64,000 nt of DNA. Source: Lama guanicoe (Eukaryota). The DNA lies in contig MU053136.1 in the NCBI GenBank assembly GCA_013239625.1, positions 328,017-392,016 of the forward strand, given 5' to 3'. The notes beneath the pieces are model-generated. The model did no database searches and was not told the DNA's origin. It saw only the letters and a list, made by a program, of their open reading frames with translations. Below are positions 22,574-34,688 of this stretch, piece after piece (the stretch's first letter is position 1; each line of letters starts with the position of its first letter). The position numbers and the translations under genes were made by a program.

Positions 22574-23243
22574 GGGACTGAAGCTGGGAGGGAGGTTAGA
22601 TGTGGGAGAGGGGTGGAGTAGGGGGAAGGAGAGCCACCAGAAGACTTCCTTAGATGAAGATTTCCTCACGTCAAAGGCGGGATAACTTCCATGCGTTTGC
22701 TCAGGAAGCCCCACAGCTCAGATCTGCAGTCCCCTGGGTAGGTCCCTTTCAGACTTTCTCCTCTAGGATTCCTATTCCAGGGACCTCAGACCCAGATAGG
22801 AGGGGGTTATATGCTGAGCAAACACAGACATCACGTTTCCCAAAGGACACATGGGTTTTGCGCAAACTCGGCCTTGGGCTGCAGACATTATCGACCGCAT
22901 GGTTCAGGGCTGTCCAACCAAAGGGAGGAGATAGTGGGGGAGGAGGGCAAAGGTCTAGAGAGGACCTAGTCTTAGGGCAAATGCCACCCTCTCCTCACCC
23001 GAGGCCTACCTTTTCTTCTCTCTGTCTCGCTCAGGTGGCCCTTGGCCAGTTCCATCTTCCAGGCAGGACTCCTGGATGGGGCCTTGCGGGTCATTGAAGG
23101 GAAGGTGGCCAGCTTTGAGCCGTGCCTCTGCCTCCCACCATGTATGTGCCCACAGGTTGCCAGCCTACTTGCTGATTGCAGTGATCTGTCTCATCTCTTG
23201 GAGCGGGGACAGAGGGAGGAGAGAAGCAGGTAAAACTCAGGCC

Positions 23244-23249
23244 TTTATT
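23244..23249 (-). terminator. candidate INHBC poly(A) signal AATAAA (another at 22402-22407)
   Basis: tttatt on + about 1.2 kb past the INHBC stop. Confidence 0.4.
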
Positions 23250-24429
23250 AGCTGTAAGACCAGCAAAGATGGTTCTGGGAGGGAGGAGGAGGCCTAAGAA
23301 AGAAGAGGAGGCAGCGTGGAGAAGGAAGAGTCATGATGTACGGGATGGACACAATAGCTCAGCCCTAAGGAGACTGTGAGGAGAGAAAGTGGGCAGGGCA
23401 GGCAGGCTCCATGTCATCTGGGGTGTCAATCAGGGTCCTGGCAGGAGACAAAAGACCCACTCAGCTGTCTGAGTTTGCATCACTAAGAAGATTTAATGGA
23501 GGACTTCTTTACAGAGGTATGGGCAGGGCTAAGGGAACCAACCAGGGACGTTAAACACCCAGGGACTAGCAAGAGTGGAAAGTCATTACAAGCCCATAAC
23601 ATGAAAACACTGATATGAGGACCTAGTGGGCAGTCAGACAGAACTGTAGGGACATGGCCACAGCCAAAGTCACACAGAACCACGGCACCTGGGCAGAGGG
23701 AGCAGGAATAAGAAACAGCCTGACCTGTCTCCTCCTGTCCTTTGATCTCCTGCTTCTGTCTCCTCTTAGTCAAACTCGGCAGGAAGCCAAAGGTCAATGG
23801 AACTCAGGTAAGGCAGCCCCAAAGGGCACAGAGCAGGGCAGAGAAAGACAAGAGTGGATGAGGCTGTGCCAAGAGAGCCTTAGCAGTCCACTGGGCAAGT
23901 TAGAAGGAAAAGGGCTTAAGACACAGAGAGGATGTCATGTTTGGTAAATCTCAGGAGGGGGCTCTCTGGAAATTCAGAAAATCAGGGGAAGGGGCTGGGT
24001 AAGCTCATCCAGGAGAGAGGGACATTGAGTAGAAAGGGCATGGAGGTGTAGTGGATTGTGGGCTGGATTAAAGATGGGTCACCGGTGTCTTCTGCCTGGG
24101 AACTAGATGGCACTGCTCATGGCTGGAGGTGGATCAGAGTCCCTGGGGTGGTGGTTGAGGACGTGGAGCTTGCTGGATGGACTATGCCCTAGGAGAGAGG
24201 CTGGTGGTTATGAAGGTGGTACAGCGACTCTCCTTAGATGACAATGACTCTTCTTAGATGAAGTTCTTCTCAAGTCATAGTTGGGATAATTTCCATACGA
24301 TGCTCAGGAAGAAGGAGTCCATCTTCTGGACAGAGGCAGTGATGGGGCCACTCCCTCTTCTCAAGGAAGAGCACCTCTGTCAGGGCAGTTTTGCTCGCCT
24401 TGCCTCGGACTGCCCAGACCACACGTGGC

Positions 24430-25172
24430 CTAACTGCACCCACAGGCCTCTACCACCATGTCAAGTATGTCAGTCTTGACAATGTTGCTGTACTTGTCAT
24501 AGTAGAGCAGAGACAGGGGGCGCCGGGCCGTGGGCACGCAGCATGAGCCCCCTCCAGTGGTGCCTGCAGCTGAGTTGGCCTTGAAGAGATTGAGCACCAC
24601 TGTGTGAAAAGAGGCAGCAATACCAGGCATGCCTGCCATGTGCAGCGGGCACTGTCCTGTGCAGAAGTTCATTGCGTAGCCCTCAGGCTGGATGATCCAG
24701 TCGTGCCAGCCAATCTCACGGAAGTCCACAAAGAACTCTTGTCGACAGCACATCCTGGACCTCCCCTGGCAGTCGATGCCTCGCCGGAGAACCCGGTGCT
24801 TGCCCCCAACTCTTACCCGGGCTGTCACAAAAGGCCTATGGGCAGCCCTGCCCAGGATGACTGAGCTCTGGGCTAACTGGCCTTCAGGAACCAGCTCCAG
24901 GATCAGGTGCCCCTGGCTGCAGGCAGCCTGAGCCTCAGACCCCAGGAGGAACTGGTGCCAACCACTGTCATCTACCTCCAGCAGGTGCTGAGTGGCCAAG
25001 GTGAGGTTGGTGTCATGTGGGCCTAGCTCAAGGACCCTCACCTTCAAAGTCCAGGTGGTATTGGGAGGGAGCTGCACAAAGAACATGAGGCTGGCCTGCT
25101 GGACCTCCAAGCCACCAGCAGTTTGATTAGAGAAGTGGAAATCAAGACGAGTCTGGTCGATGCTGGAGAGGC
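24430..25172 (-). CDS. INHBC: INHBC exon 2 (inhibin/activin beta C)
   Basis: Acceptor 25174-25173; RR|GIDCQGRSRMCCRQEFFVDFREIGWHDWIIQPEGYAMNFC...VEACGCS*; with exon 1 = 1056 nt, 351 aa. Confidence 0.97.
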
Positions 25173-25677
25173 CTGTGGACACAAGAAGCCCCTGTCACTG
25201 TGGTCTTCTGAGTGTCAATTCTACCAACACCTATCTGTTCTCAGCATACTTGAACTCCCTTAGTTTTTTCTTGACCACATTGTTGGCATTGTTAACCACC
25301 CTTTTCTTCTTGAAAATCTTTTCTCCTTTGGCTTTCATGACACAACTCTCTTATGATTCTTCCTTAATTTTCTTTGCTGGCTTTTCCTTCTCTGATCATC
25401 CCTTCAGTGTAAGAGTTCTCCAAGGTCTATTGCTGACCTTCACTTTTACTCTACTCTACAGAGGGGAACTCTGGTCCACACTCACAGTCAGTCGACACAG
25501 TTTATGCTGGTGATTCCTAAATCTATATGTCCAGTCTAGGCCATTTTGCATCTTGGGAATCACCAAGCTTCAGGCCTAAACTTCTAATCGCTTAATTTTA
25601 TTACATGCGTGTCCTGTTGGCATATTAGAATCAATTTATCCCAAGGGAAATCATTATTTTTCTCCCTATATACTTCT

Positions 25678-25879
25678 TTTTTTTTTCACTCTTCTTTTTC
25701 TACATGCCCCCCCCTTTTGGCTAATTTTTCTTCTCTTTTCTTTCTTTTTTTTTTGTTTTTGCGGGGAGGGGGAGGAATTAGGTTTATTTATTTATTTATT
25801 TAATGGAGGTACCAGGGATAGAACCCAGGACCTCGTGCATGCTAAGCATGCACTCTACCACTGACTATACCCTCCCCAA
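25678..25879 (-). mobile_element. tRNA-derived SINE, vic-1-like (Camelidae)
   Basis: Minus strand ggggagggtatagtcagtggtagagtgcatgcttagcatgcacgaggtcctgggttc (A/B boxes), A-rich tail, 16-bp TSD ctccctatatacttct at 25662 and 25880. Confidence 0.85.
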
Positions 25880-26069
25880 CTCCCTATATACTTCTGTTTC
25901 TGTTCTTAGAATTGGTGGCACCGCTATCCTTATTACTTCTAGAAACCCTATGATCACCTCCCTCACTCGCCACATCTAGTCCCTCACCACAATGGTTCTA
26001 ATGGCTATTCATTTCTTTCTACACCTATTACTACTGCCCAATTTCCCCTCTACATCCCTCACCTCCTCT

Positions 26070-27393
26070 ATTAAAACACATTAATTGGGTTTCTATTCCC
26101 TCCACTTCACTGAAATTCTCTTGTCAGGATCACTAATACTTCCATGTTGCCAAATCCAATGCTTTAATCTCTTTCTGTTCATCTTACTTGGCCTTTAAGC
26201 AGTGTTTGACACAGTTAACCATCCCCTCCTTCTTGAAATATTTGCTTCTCTTAGCTCTCATGATTCTAGCTACTTCATCTTGGTCTTCTCTGCTGACAGC
26301 TTCTCTTCTTCTGCCTGACCTCTAAATGTTGGAGGTCCTGAGCCCCCTTCTCTTCTCTATCTATACTCTCTCCCAAAACGAGACATCAATTCCTCTCTCT
26401 TTCAATTCCATCTATAGGCTGATGACTCCCAGGTATAAATCCCTGGCTCTGACCTCTCCCTGAGCTTCAGACTAGTATATCCAGCTGTTGGTCTGATATT
26501 CCACTTGGATAACCAATGCTATCTCAAAGTTTTCATGTTCAAAGAACTCTAGATTTATCTCCCCCAACCAAAACCTATTCCTTTTCCAATCTTCCCTTTC
26601 CTGTAAAAGCCTTGCTTGCCCTCACCCCTTACTTTGAAATTATCTGCAGATCTGTCAACTCTACCTCCAGTTCATAATATCATTTCACTTTTCCCCACCT
26701 CCTCTACCACACATTAGTTCAATCCACAATCATCTTTTTCTCATATTATGGCAATAGCTTGCCAACTGGTTCACTCTTGACCCCAGAACAATTCTTCACA
26801 TATCAGCCAGAGTGATCTTTTTATGACATAAATCTGATCAGTTTAATCCTCTCAGCTTAAAACCCTTTAAAATCTTCCCATTACTATTTGAATAAAATCT
26901 AAACTCTTTAACATAAAAAATTTGCATAATTAGGCATTCTTCCATTTCATGACTGTATTCTACCTATACCAGACTTTTTCCCGTTCCTTGAACTCACCAA
27001 TCGTGGACCCACCTCATGGCCTTTCCACTTGCTATTCTGCCTGCCTGGAATGTCTTTCCAAGGTCTTTGGATGACTGGCTCCTTTTTGGCCTTCAGCTCA
27101 AATTCTCCTCTCCAGGGGACTAACCAGTCTAAAGCTGCCTTTAACTCTACCTCTGTCTTTTTAATACATCATCCTGCTTAACTGTCTTCATAGCCAATAT
27201 CACTCTCTGTGACCACCTTGGTTTTTTTGCTCATTTGTTTACTATATGCTTTTCCACCCCCTCGACATCCCCCTGCCCCAGCTGCTAGAATGTAAACTCC
27301 ATTAAGATAAAGATTGTGCCTGTATGGTTCACCATTGTATCCTTATGTATCTACCACATAGTAGGCACTCAATAAACATTTGTTGAATGAATG
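26070..27393 (+). mobile_element. L2 LINE 3' portion
   Basis: Pyrimidine-rich decayed body ending gtaggcactcaataaacatttgttgaatgaatg, the typical L2 3' end; start approximate. Confidence 0.75.
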
Positions 27394-28013
27394 GCTTTTC
27401 ATTTCTTTAATTTTTATTTTACACTGACGCCAGAATTATTTTCCAAAAAAGCTAGGTCATAAAATTCATGGTTTCAAAATACTTATTGGTGAATAAAGTC
27501 CAAACTCTTTTAGGAGTCAATTAAATGCTCATTATGATTTGGCCTAGGCTACCCTTATTTGCTTTTTTAAGTAAAGGATGCTTTTTTGTAGGAATGCCAC
27601 TGATACTCTCATGGGCGTAAAAGAACAGAAAATAAAGTTCAACTAGGCTTTGCGTGAACTGGAAGGTCTGGAATAAGCTTGCTCTTGTCAGCTCTCAGAG
27701 CCAACAAGATGCCTCTCATCTCAGTCTCCCTATGTAAATCTACTCCATTCTTCTCTTTCTGTGGGTCTACCTCTTCTGCCTCTTTGTCAGCTTTCTCAGG
27801 TCCTGGAATGGTGACCCCAGCTCCTGAGTCTACAGAATCTTTTACTTAGCTCCTCCTAGCTAAGTGAGCTGATTTTCCAGTTCCTAACTCCAAAATCCAA
27901 GAAAACTCTGATTGGTCCAGCTAATTTTTTCTTGTTAGGTCACGAAACACCCTACCATTAGAACCTCTTAAGTCACCCCAGTTATGGCAGGCAGACACAT
28001 GACCGGCCAGGGC

Positions 28014-28470
28014 TGTGGTAGATTATTATATTGTTGGCCCCTAATGAACAACACCTCCCAATATACATGGATTGGTACAATCCCTTCTCATATTAACTCT
28101 GGGCATGGCATGTGACTTGATTTGGCCAATGAGACATAGGCAAGCATAGTACAAGCAGAAACTTAATGAGTACTTACACCTTGAAGCTTCCTTCTCTTGG
28201 AAGCCAGCCACTGTGCTTTAAAGCAGCTTGGGCTAGAGTGCTGAATGATGAGAAGCCATGTGGAGGGAGACTCTTAGATGTTCTAGCCCCCTCTGAGCCC
28301 CTAGCTGAATGCAGCTGCGTGAGTGACCTCAGCTACATGACAGGGAGCCAAAGAAGGGCCCAGATAAGCCCAGTTAAACCACACAACCATGAAAAATATT
28401 GAATTTTTGTTTGTTTGATTTAAGCCTCAATGTTTGGGCCGATTTGTTATATTAATGGATAACTGAAACA
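28014..28470 (+). mobile_element. ERVL-MaLR LTR (MLT1 family)
   Basis: Starts tgtggtaga, contains catgtgacttgatttggccaatg, ends ttaagcc...gataactgaaaca. Confidence 0.75.
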
Positions 28471-29710
28471 AATTAGTATCAGAAGTGAGGTACTCCAGAG
28501 CAAAGACCTAAAATATGTGGCATTGGCCTTGGGACTGGGTGGCAGACAGAGGTTGGAAGGATGGCAGCAGACTGCTGGTGAAGGCAGGAAGAGCAGTGAG
28601 GAAATTGCTATTGGAAGCTGGGGAAAGGGGAACCTGTGTTATGTACTGGCTATCGGCTGTGGCAACTTGGAAGCTAGAAATGGTATCTAACAAAGTTGTG
28701 AATTTAGCTAAAGATATTTCCAGGCAGAATGCTGAAAGTGTCAATTGGCTTATTTTGGCTTCCTATGATAAGGCATTTCAGGAGTGAGATGAACTAAAAA
28801 AGGAACTGTTCAATTTTCAAGCAGAATTTAGAGAAAACATTTCCAATAGGACTTGCTAGATTGAACAATAAAATATTTTTTCATTCCTCAACTCTCTGTC
28901 TGGCAAAAGGTTCTCAAACTAAGAAACCATCTCAGGGCAAAAATCAAATCCAGGGCACTGTCAATAAAACACGGCCTCAGAATGAAGATCCAAACAACAA
29001 AGGGTCAACTGCAAGAGTCTTTGTTAAGATCTAACGTCTTTGTTAAGATCTAAAATTTAAGATGTTGTTCTGTAGACCCTCTCAACTGGGCAAAAGGGCT
29101 TCTAAAAATCTTGAGTGTTCTTCCACAACATCTTGACTTATAGTCCAAAGAGGGGTCTGTCTTGATACAGTAAAGCTACTTTTGTCTAACTGAGTAGACT
29201 ATAATTGATTATTTAGAAGCTCACAGAGTGTTAAAGAGAATTTTAATAGTGAAAGCAGCACAACTGAACTAAAAGGGACAGAGACAACTCAAAACGAAAA
29301 GAGGTCTCTGAGGGGCTCTCAACCTCTTCAGGGGAGATTTAGGCTAAGAAAACCACTCAGTCACAAACACAGGTCATTTCCTGTTTAAGGGGAAAGATAT
29401 CTCAGAGGGTGGCATTAAAGGTTAAGAGAGTGGATCCAGAAGCCCAGGAGAGCACTGTGGGTTCTCCTTAAGAGAGGAAAACCCTACCAGGGCACACATC
29501 CAGGCCGCAACCAAAGGGATTCTGAACTTGAGGTAGACCGAGATAGGTACCAGGCTGGATATCAAAATTTTAATGGACCATTGGCTGCTGTGTGTCTCCC
29601 TCCCCCACCCTCCATTTTGGAAAGGAGTGTCTATTGTGGTTACCCTGTTCCTGTCTCCGCGTTGTATGTTAGCTGTGGGAGGCAGATAACTTGAATTTTT
29701 AGGTCATAGG
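28471..29710 (+). mobile_element. MaLR internal region (MLT-int), decayed
   Basis: Follows the LTR directly with tagtatcagaagtgagg...aaaatatgtggcattggc, typical of the MLT-int start; degenerate ORF 28515-28787. Confidence 0.65.
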
Positions 29711-29914
29711 CAGTGGTGTGCTGGTAAACATTGAGCAACTGGATTCCAGAGGGAAGAAAAAGCCCTGATTTGTAGTGTTTGCCAATTTCTGTGGTATAAA
29801 TTTTCCCACCATGGCCAACTTTAAACTATCAATGTGAGGTCACTAGATGCAAGTTGGGAGATGTTCGCCATCAGCGTTCATGAGCCAGAGTGAGCCAGTT
29901 CCGAGACACCACTG
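29711..29914. mobile_element. hAT-Blackjack MITE (MER63A-like)
   Basis: TIRs cagtggtgt / acaccactg; internal ccctgatttgtagtgtttgcc and cccaccatggcc. Confidence 0.75.
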
Positions 29915-30979
29915 AAGGCCCCTACCCTAGTTTCCCCAAAGCTCCACGCTCTCTCTTGTCAAATCTCCAGCAAGAACAATTCTCAGATCTTTCTTTCACA
30001 TTAGGATGTAGATGACAGCTTAAATTGGAATTAAAACTTCAAACCAAAATATTTAAATGTAAAAGGTAGAATCCAGGCATCAATCATTCTCACCTCCGAA
30101 CTTCATTTCAGGTCATGCCTCCTCCAGCCTGAATGCTGTGTTCATTCATTGATTAGCAAATATGTGGAAAGTATATAGACTTTGAAGTCAGAGAGAACTG
30201 TGTTTGAATTCTGCCTGTTGTAAGCTGTATGACCTTGGCCATGTTAAATGATCTTCTTTGAGTTTCAGTTTCTGCATTCTTAAAATGGGAATTGGGCTAA
30301 GTGTCAGGGACACAAAGGTGAAAAAACATCAAGCAGGATTTTGGTGTTAAAGGGACTCATGGCTCATGGCCATTTGTCCACCTTGTGCTTATCCACTCCA
30401 AACTACTTTTCAACTCTAAACTACTTCTTCAGACTTTTACTCATGTTTTTCCCTCCATTTAGGATGTTGTTTACCATTTTCTACCCAGTGAAGTTAAACT
30501 TATTCTACGACACCAGCCTATTTGCAATCTTCTTCTGAAAGACTACCCTGTCTTACCAGGTCCCAAAGAATTACTTTCGTCCATCAAGCTCCTGTGCTCT
30601 CATCCAGCATTTATTTCATTCTGCCTTATATTCTAAGTAGTTTATTCCTAGGAGCAACAACTAAACCCTGTTGGGCAGGAGCTGAGTCTTCTGTTCCAGT
30701 TTGCTCCCATCTTATTCTTTCTAGGTGCATTACCTGTAGCTCACTTAAGTCTCTCAACTATCTTTTCATTATCTCTATTTTGCAAATAAAGAAAGTTGAC
30801 TATTAACAACTCAGCTCACATAGTAATAAGTGGCTGAGCAGGGATGTGAGCCCAGTTTATCTGGCTCCAGAGTTTGTGTTCTTAATCATGAGCAGAAACC
30901 CCCTTTTGAAATAGAATACAGTCTTCTTCATCACTGAGGACTCTAGACTGTGGTCAAACTGACCTTCAGCGTGGTGTGG

Positions 30980-31212
30980 TGGCAGAGTGGTATAGCGGTC
31001 AAGGTCATGGATTTCAGACTTAGACTGCCTGGCTCTACCACTTCCCAGTCATGTGACCTTGGGCTAGTTACTCAACCCCTTAAGCCTCAGTTTCATCACC
31101 TCTAAAATGGGGATAATGACAGTATTTGCTTCACTGGCTTATTGTGAGGATCTCAAGGAGTTAACATGTATGTAAAAGGCTCCGAACACATTAAGCATTG
31201 TATAAGTGTCAG
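30980..31212 (+). mobile_element. MIR SINE
   Basis: tgtgaccttgggctagttactcaacccctaagcctcagtttcatcacctctaaaatggggataat core; further MIR pieces near 30165-30290, 30760-30890, 33410-33545, 35055-35215. Confidence 0.8.
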
Positions 31213-32187
31213 TGATTTCTACTACACACTAGCCTCTGATGATAACATGAGGTATAAGTGACAGTTCCGGACCTTAAGGGGTTACAGACTATGGGAAGAC
31301 ACACTTCACAGAAAATCTGGAAACAAGGCAATTCCACAAGGAGGGATCAGGTTCAGGGTAAGGGTGTGAGGGCCACCAGCGAGGGAGCCCCTCACCCTCA
31401 GGTCAGGGAGGGTTTTTGAGGATGGGAGTGCTTGGTCTTGAAGGGAGTAGATGCTGACCAGGGGAAAGGCGCCAGGAATGGGATGTGCTTGTCACACCTA
31501 AGACAGAGCTTGCAAGTAGCTCAGAGGCCAGACAGATCACTTTGTGTTCTGTTTCTTGAATCCTGCCCCTGAACTCTTGATCTCTTGAGCTGCCAACTAA
31601 ATTCTCTAACTCCTCTCCCCTCTGTGAAAGGAAATCTCTCTTCTCTATCCTCCATCCTTTATCTACTTTTCTGAGTCCCATTTTCGCCCTGTTCTGATGT
31701 GGGGACCCCAAGGTATTAAGGCAAGAGGGCAAGGGTAGGTTGGAGATGTATGCCAATCTTGATGTTTTACTTTTCTCCCTTTACCCACATGAGGCATCTG
31801 GGGGAGAGGGGAAAGGAGAGGCTGGATCCTGGGGCCCGAGGGAGGACAGACTCTCCAGCTCCCAGACCCTGGGTCCAGGCCCAGGAAGTGGATGGGCTCA
31901 CATCACAGCCTGTGGAAGTTTGTGGGGCCTGCAGAGGAGCCAGAGAAGAGAGGGGAAGGCGGTCTTAAAAGAAATGAAACTTATCTACGTCTCAGCTGCC
32001 CATTGGTCAGGTCAAAACTACAAGAGAGAACCTGGGGGATGGGAGCCTGTGATTAGGAGATTACAGGCTGTGAGAGGTGAGACTTGGGATGGTTTTGGGG
32101 AGAAAGTCAGAGGTTAGGTTGGGGAGGAAAGTTTTCCTTTCATAAACAGATTGGGTTTGGGGGAAGATCTACAGACCAAGAACCCAC

Positions 32188-32500
32188 CTGTCTCAGCAAA
32201 GCTGATGATCTCATATTCCTGTCCCCTGTCAGCCTCTGGAAGCGCTCCCTGCGAGGGCCCAGGGAGACACTGCAGTGCGGTCCTCAGAGCAGCTCTGGAC
32301 ACAGGTCGCTTCAGTGTTGGACGCTGGCTGAGGTGCAGCTTGTCCAAGATGCTTCTTTTGGCCAGGTTAAGAAGCAGCTCCCGCTGACTCTCCAGGTCCA
32401 GGGCAGGCCTTCCACATGCCAGACACTGACTGTCAGCTCTGGGAGTGGTCACTGTGGCCAGAGCCAGGAATAGGAAGGCCAGGAGCAATGAGGAGATCAT
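32188..32500 (-). CDS. INHBC: INHBC exon 1 (signal peptide)
   Basis: MISSLLLAFLFLALATVTTPRA signal, AKRSILDKLHL, EIISFAET; 313 nt, phase-1 donor G|gtgggt. Confidence 0.97.
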
Positions 32501-33133
32501 TGCTGGGGCAAGCCCTCCTTAAGCAACACAGCTGAGACAGAGCCACAAACCTTCAGGCTCAGGGTCTCTCTAGCTGTGGTCTCGGCTCCCGTCTGCCAGG
32601 GGCCCGGAAGGAAAGTGTGTCCAGCTGGCATGCCTCCTGGTTGCATGGGATAGAACAGTCAAACATCCGACTTGAGAGATGAAGCCAGTTACAGCAGAAC
32701 TTGGCAGAAGCCACATAGTCAGTGAAGTACAGAATGGGGGATGTGAAGGGAGGTTGGTTTGTTTGGGGAAAGAAATGTCCTTGGGCCAATTTTGGGAGAC
32801 AGTGGGTTACCCACGTGAGCTGCCAGGCCTCTGGACAAAGGTTAGAGATGAAATTCCTCTTCAGATCAACGGCCTTGCTGGGAAGCTTGGGTGGGGGGAA
32901 TGGAAGAGACCAGAGGTTTTAATATAGAATGCTAAAGGATGACTTTCAAACAAGAGGTTGTCATTGGCAGGACACTGTCGGTCATTGTCATGCAGGTTGT
33001 TGAGAGTTGGTCCTTCTCAAAGCTCTACCCCACTTTCCTCCCTCCCAGAGGCTCACAGTCCAGATTCTTTTGCTAGCCCTGGGTTAGGTTTTGCCCACTG
33101 GAGCTCAAAATCATCCAGCGTGAAGGTTAAGTT

Positions 33134-33223
33134 GGAGGAAGGGAAGTGTTCTAGCCAGGTCTTCCGGGTCAGAGGGAAGGAGGAAGGGAAGTGTTCTAGC
33201 CAGGTCTTCCAGGTCACAGGGAA
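33134..33223. repeat. 45-bp tandem duplication upstream of INHBC
   Basis: ggaggaagggaagtgttctagccaggtcttccRggtcaSagggaa x2, 2 mismatches. Confidence 0.95.
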
Positions 33224-33548
33224 GTTGGAAAGTGGGAAGGGAGCTTGAGAGCTAGAGTTCCTCACCCTTGGGGGTTTCTTTTGTTTAAGAAAATAAATTT
33301 TGAGATTTCTCAGAATTCCTGGTTCTCTCCCCAAAATGTTCCTGAGCAGTGGATCTCAGGTCAAGGCCATTACATCCATAGCAGGGATTTACCTGGCAGG
33401 AGTGGGCAGGTGGAGTTAGGAGCATACGTTTTCAAGCCAGATGGCCTTGGTTAAAATACTCTCTTCCTTTTATTAGCTGTGTGCCTGTGGGCAAGTTACT
33501 TGACCTCTCTTCAATTTCTTCATCAGAGAAATGGGGAAAATGATTGCC

Positions 33549-34040
33549 TACAATTCTAAAATTCAAAAACCCCTGTAATTCATACATTTTTGGGGGTAGC
33601 TCATATGGTGACTAAAGCTGACCTGAAGAGGAGTGAGGTTGTCTACGGTCTTTAAAAAATCATACTGGAGACTATTCATACGTTTTCACTCCAGAAATAC
33701 ATATTTTTGTATATATACGTTTTTTATTGAAGTATAGTCAGTTTACAATGTTGTATCAATTTCTGGTGTACAGCACAATGCTTCAGTTATACATGAACAT
33801 ATATATATTCGTTTTCATATTATTTTTCACTGTAAGTTACTACAAGATATTGAATATAGTTCCCTGTGCTATATAGCACAAACATGTTTACAGAAATATT
33901 ATTTGATTATGGGATGCTACCCCTAGGAGTGGTATATAATATACAGCATAATGTACTGTGTTACCTTTCTAAAACTTGAAATTTTCTGAATTATGAAACA
34001 TTCCTGGCTCTATGGATTTTGAATATGGAATTATAGATTA
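33549..34040. mobile_element. Tigger-family MITE (MER46C-like) interrupted by a young L1 3' end at about 33700-33890
   Basis: Flanks resemble recalled MER46C (attcatacgttttcact...ttacctttctaaaa); the insert is flanked by cagaaata at 33692 and 33891. Confidence 0.6.
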
Positions 34041-34504
34041 TAATGATTATCTGAGAGTTTTGAGTTTTAAATCATTTAGTAAAGCACTTACACTGACAGG
34101 CCCAGAGTAAGTGCTTAATACAAGTTTACTATTCTTGGTGTGCTGAAGAAATTCTGCCAATGTTTGCCCTTCTGGACTCTCCTTTCTTAGATGCCATGCC
34201 GCTAATCACCATCTGTAGTGCAGTCACTTAGCGAGTCTTCTCTGCTGCTTACCATTGTATTCCTAGTACTGCACACAGTACCTATAATATAGGTGCTTAA
34301 AACACACTTATTGAATGAATAAATGTTAGGATACAGGCTGGTTCTCAGAAGTTACACTCAAGTCATCTTGACTGAATTTTTGTGTGTTACAATTTCTTAG
34401 CTCTATTCTACAGGGGCTGATTTTTTTTCTTATTTTTTAAGGGCTGTGGTAGAGGTGGATTTGTTATTTAGTTTCTAGTATAAATTTATTTATTTATAAA
34501 ATAA

Positions 34505-34688
34505 GGTTTTTATTGAAACATAATTCGCATAAGATTCACCTTTTAGAGTGTAAAATTCAGAGGTTTTTAGTACGTTCACAGAGTTGTGCAACCATCACCA
34601 CTAACTAATTTAAGAATATTTTCATCACCCCCAAAAGAAACCTTGTAGCCATTAGTAGTCACTGCCTACTCTACTCATCCCAGCCTGT
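34505..34688 (-). mobile_element. old L1 (L1MB-like) 3' end
   Basis: tttattgaaacataattc...gttcacagagttgtgcaaccatcaccact...ttcatcacccccaaaagaaacc. Confidence 0.7.

Noticed and set aside
29017..29053. gtctttgttaagatctaa repeated twice (period 19)
   Set aside because: Small slippage duplication inside decayed MaLR internal sequence; no sign of function
33389..33400. ttacctggcagg, identical to part of the U1 snRNA 5' end (also tacttacctgg at 3813)
   Set aside because: Only 11-12 nt match with no continuation; chance or an antisense splice-donor motif
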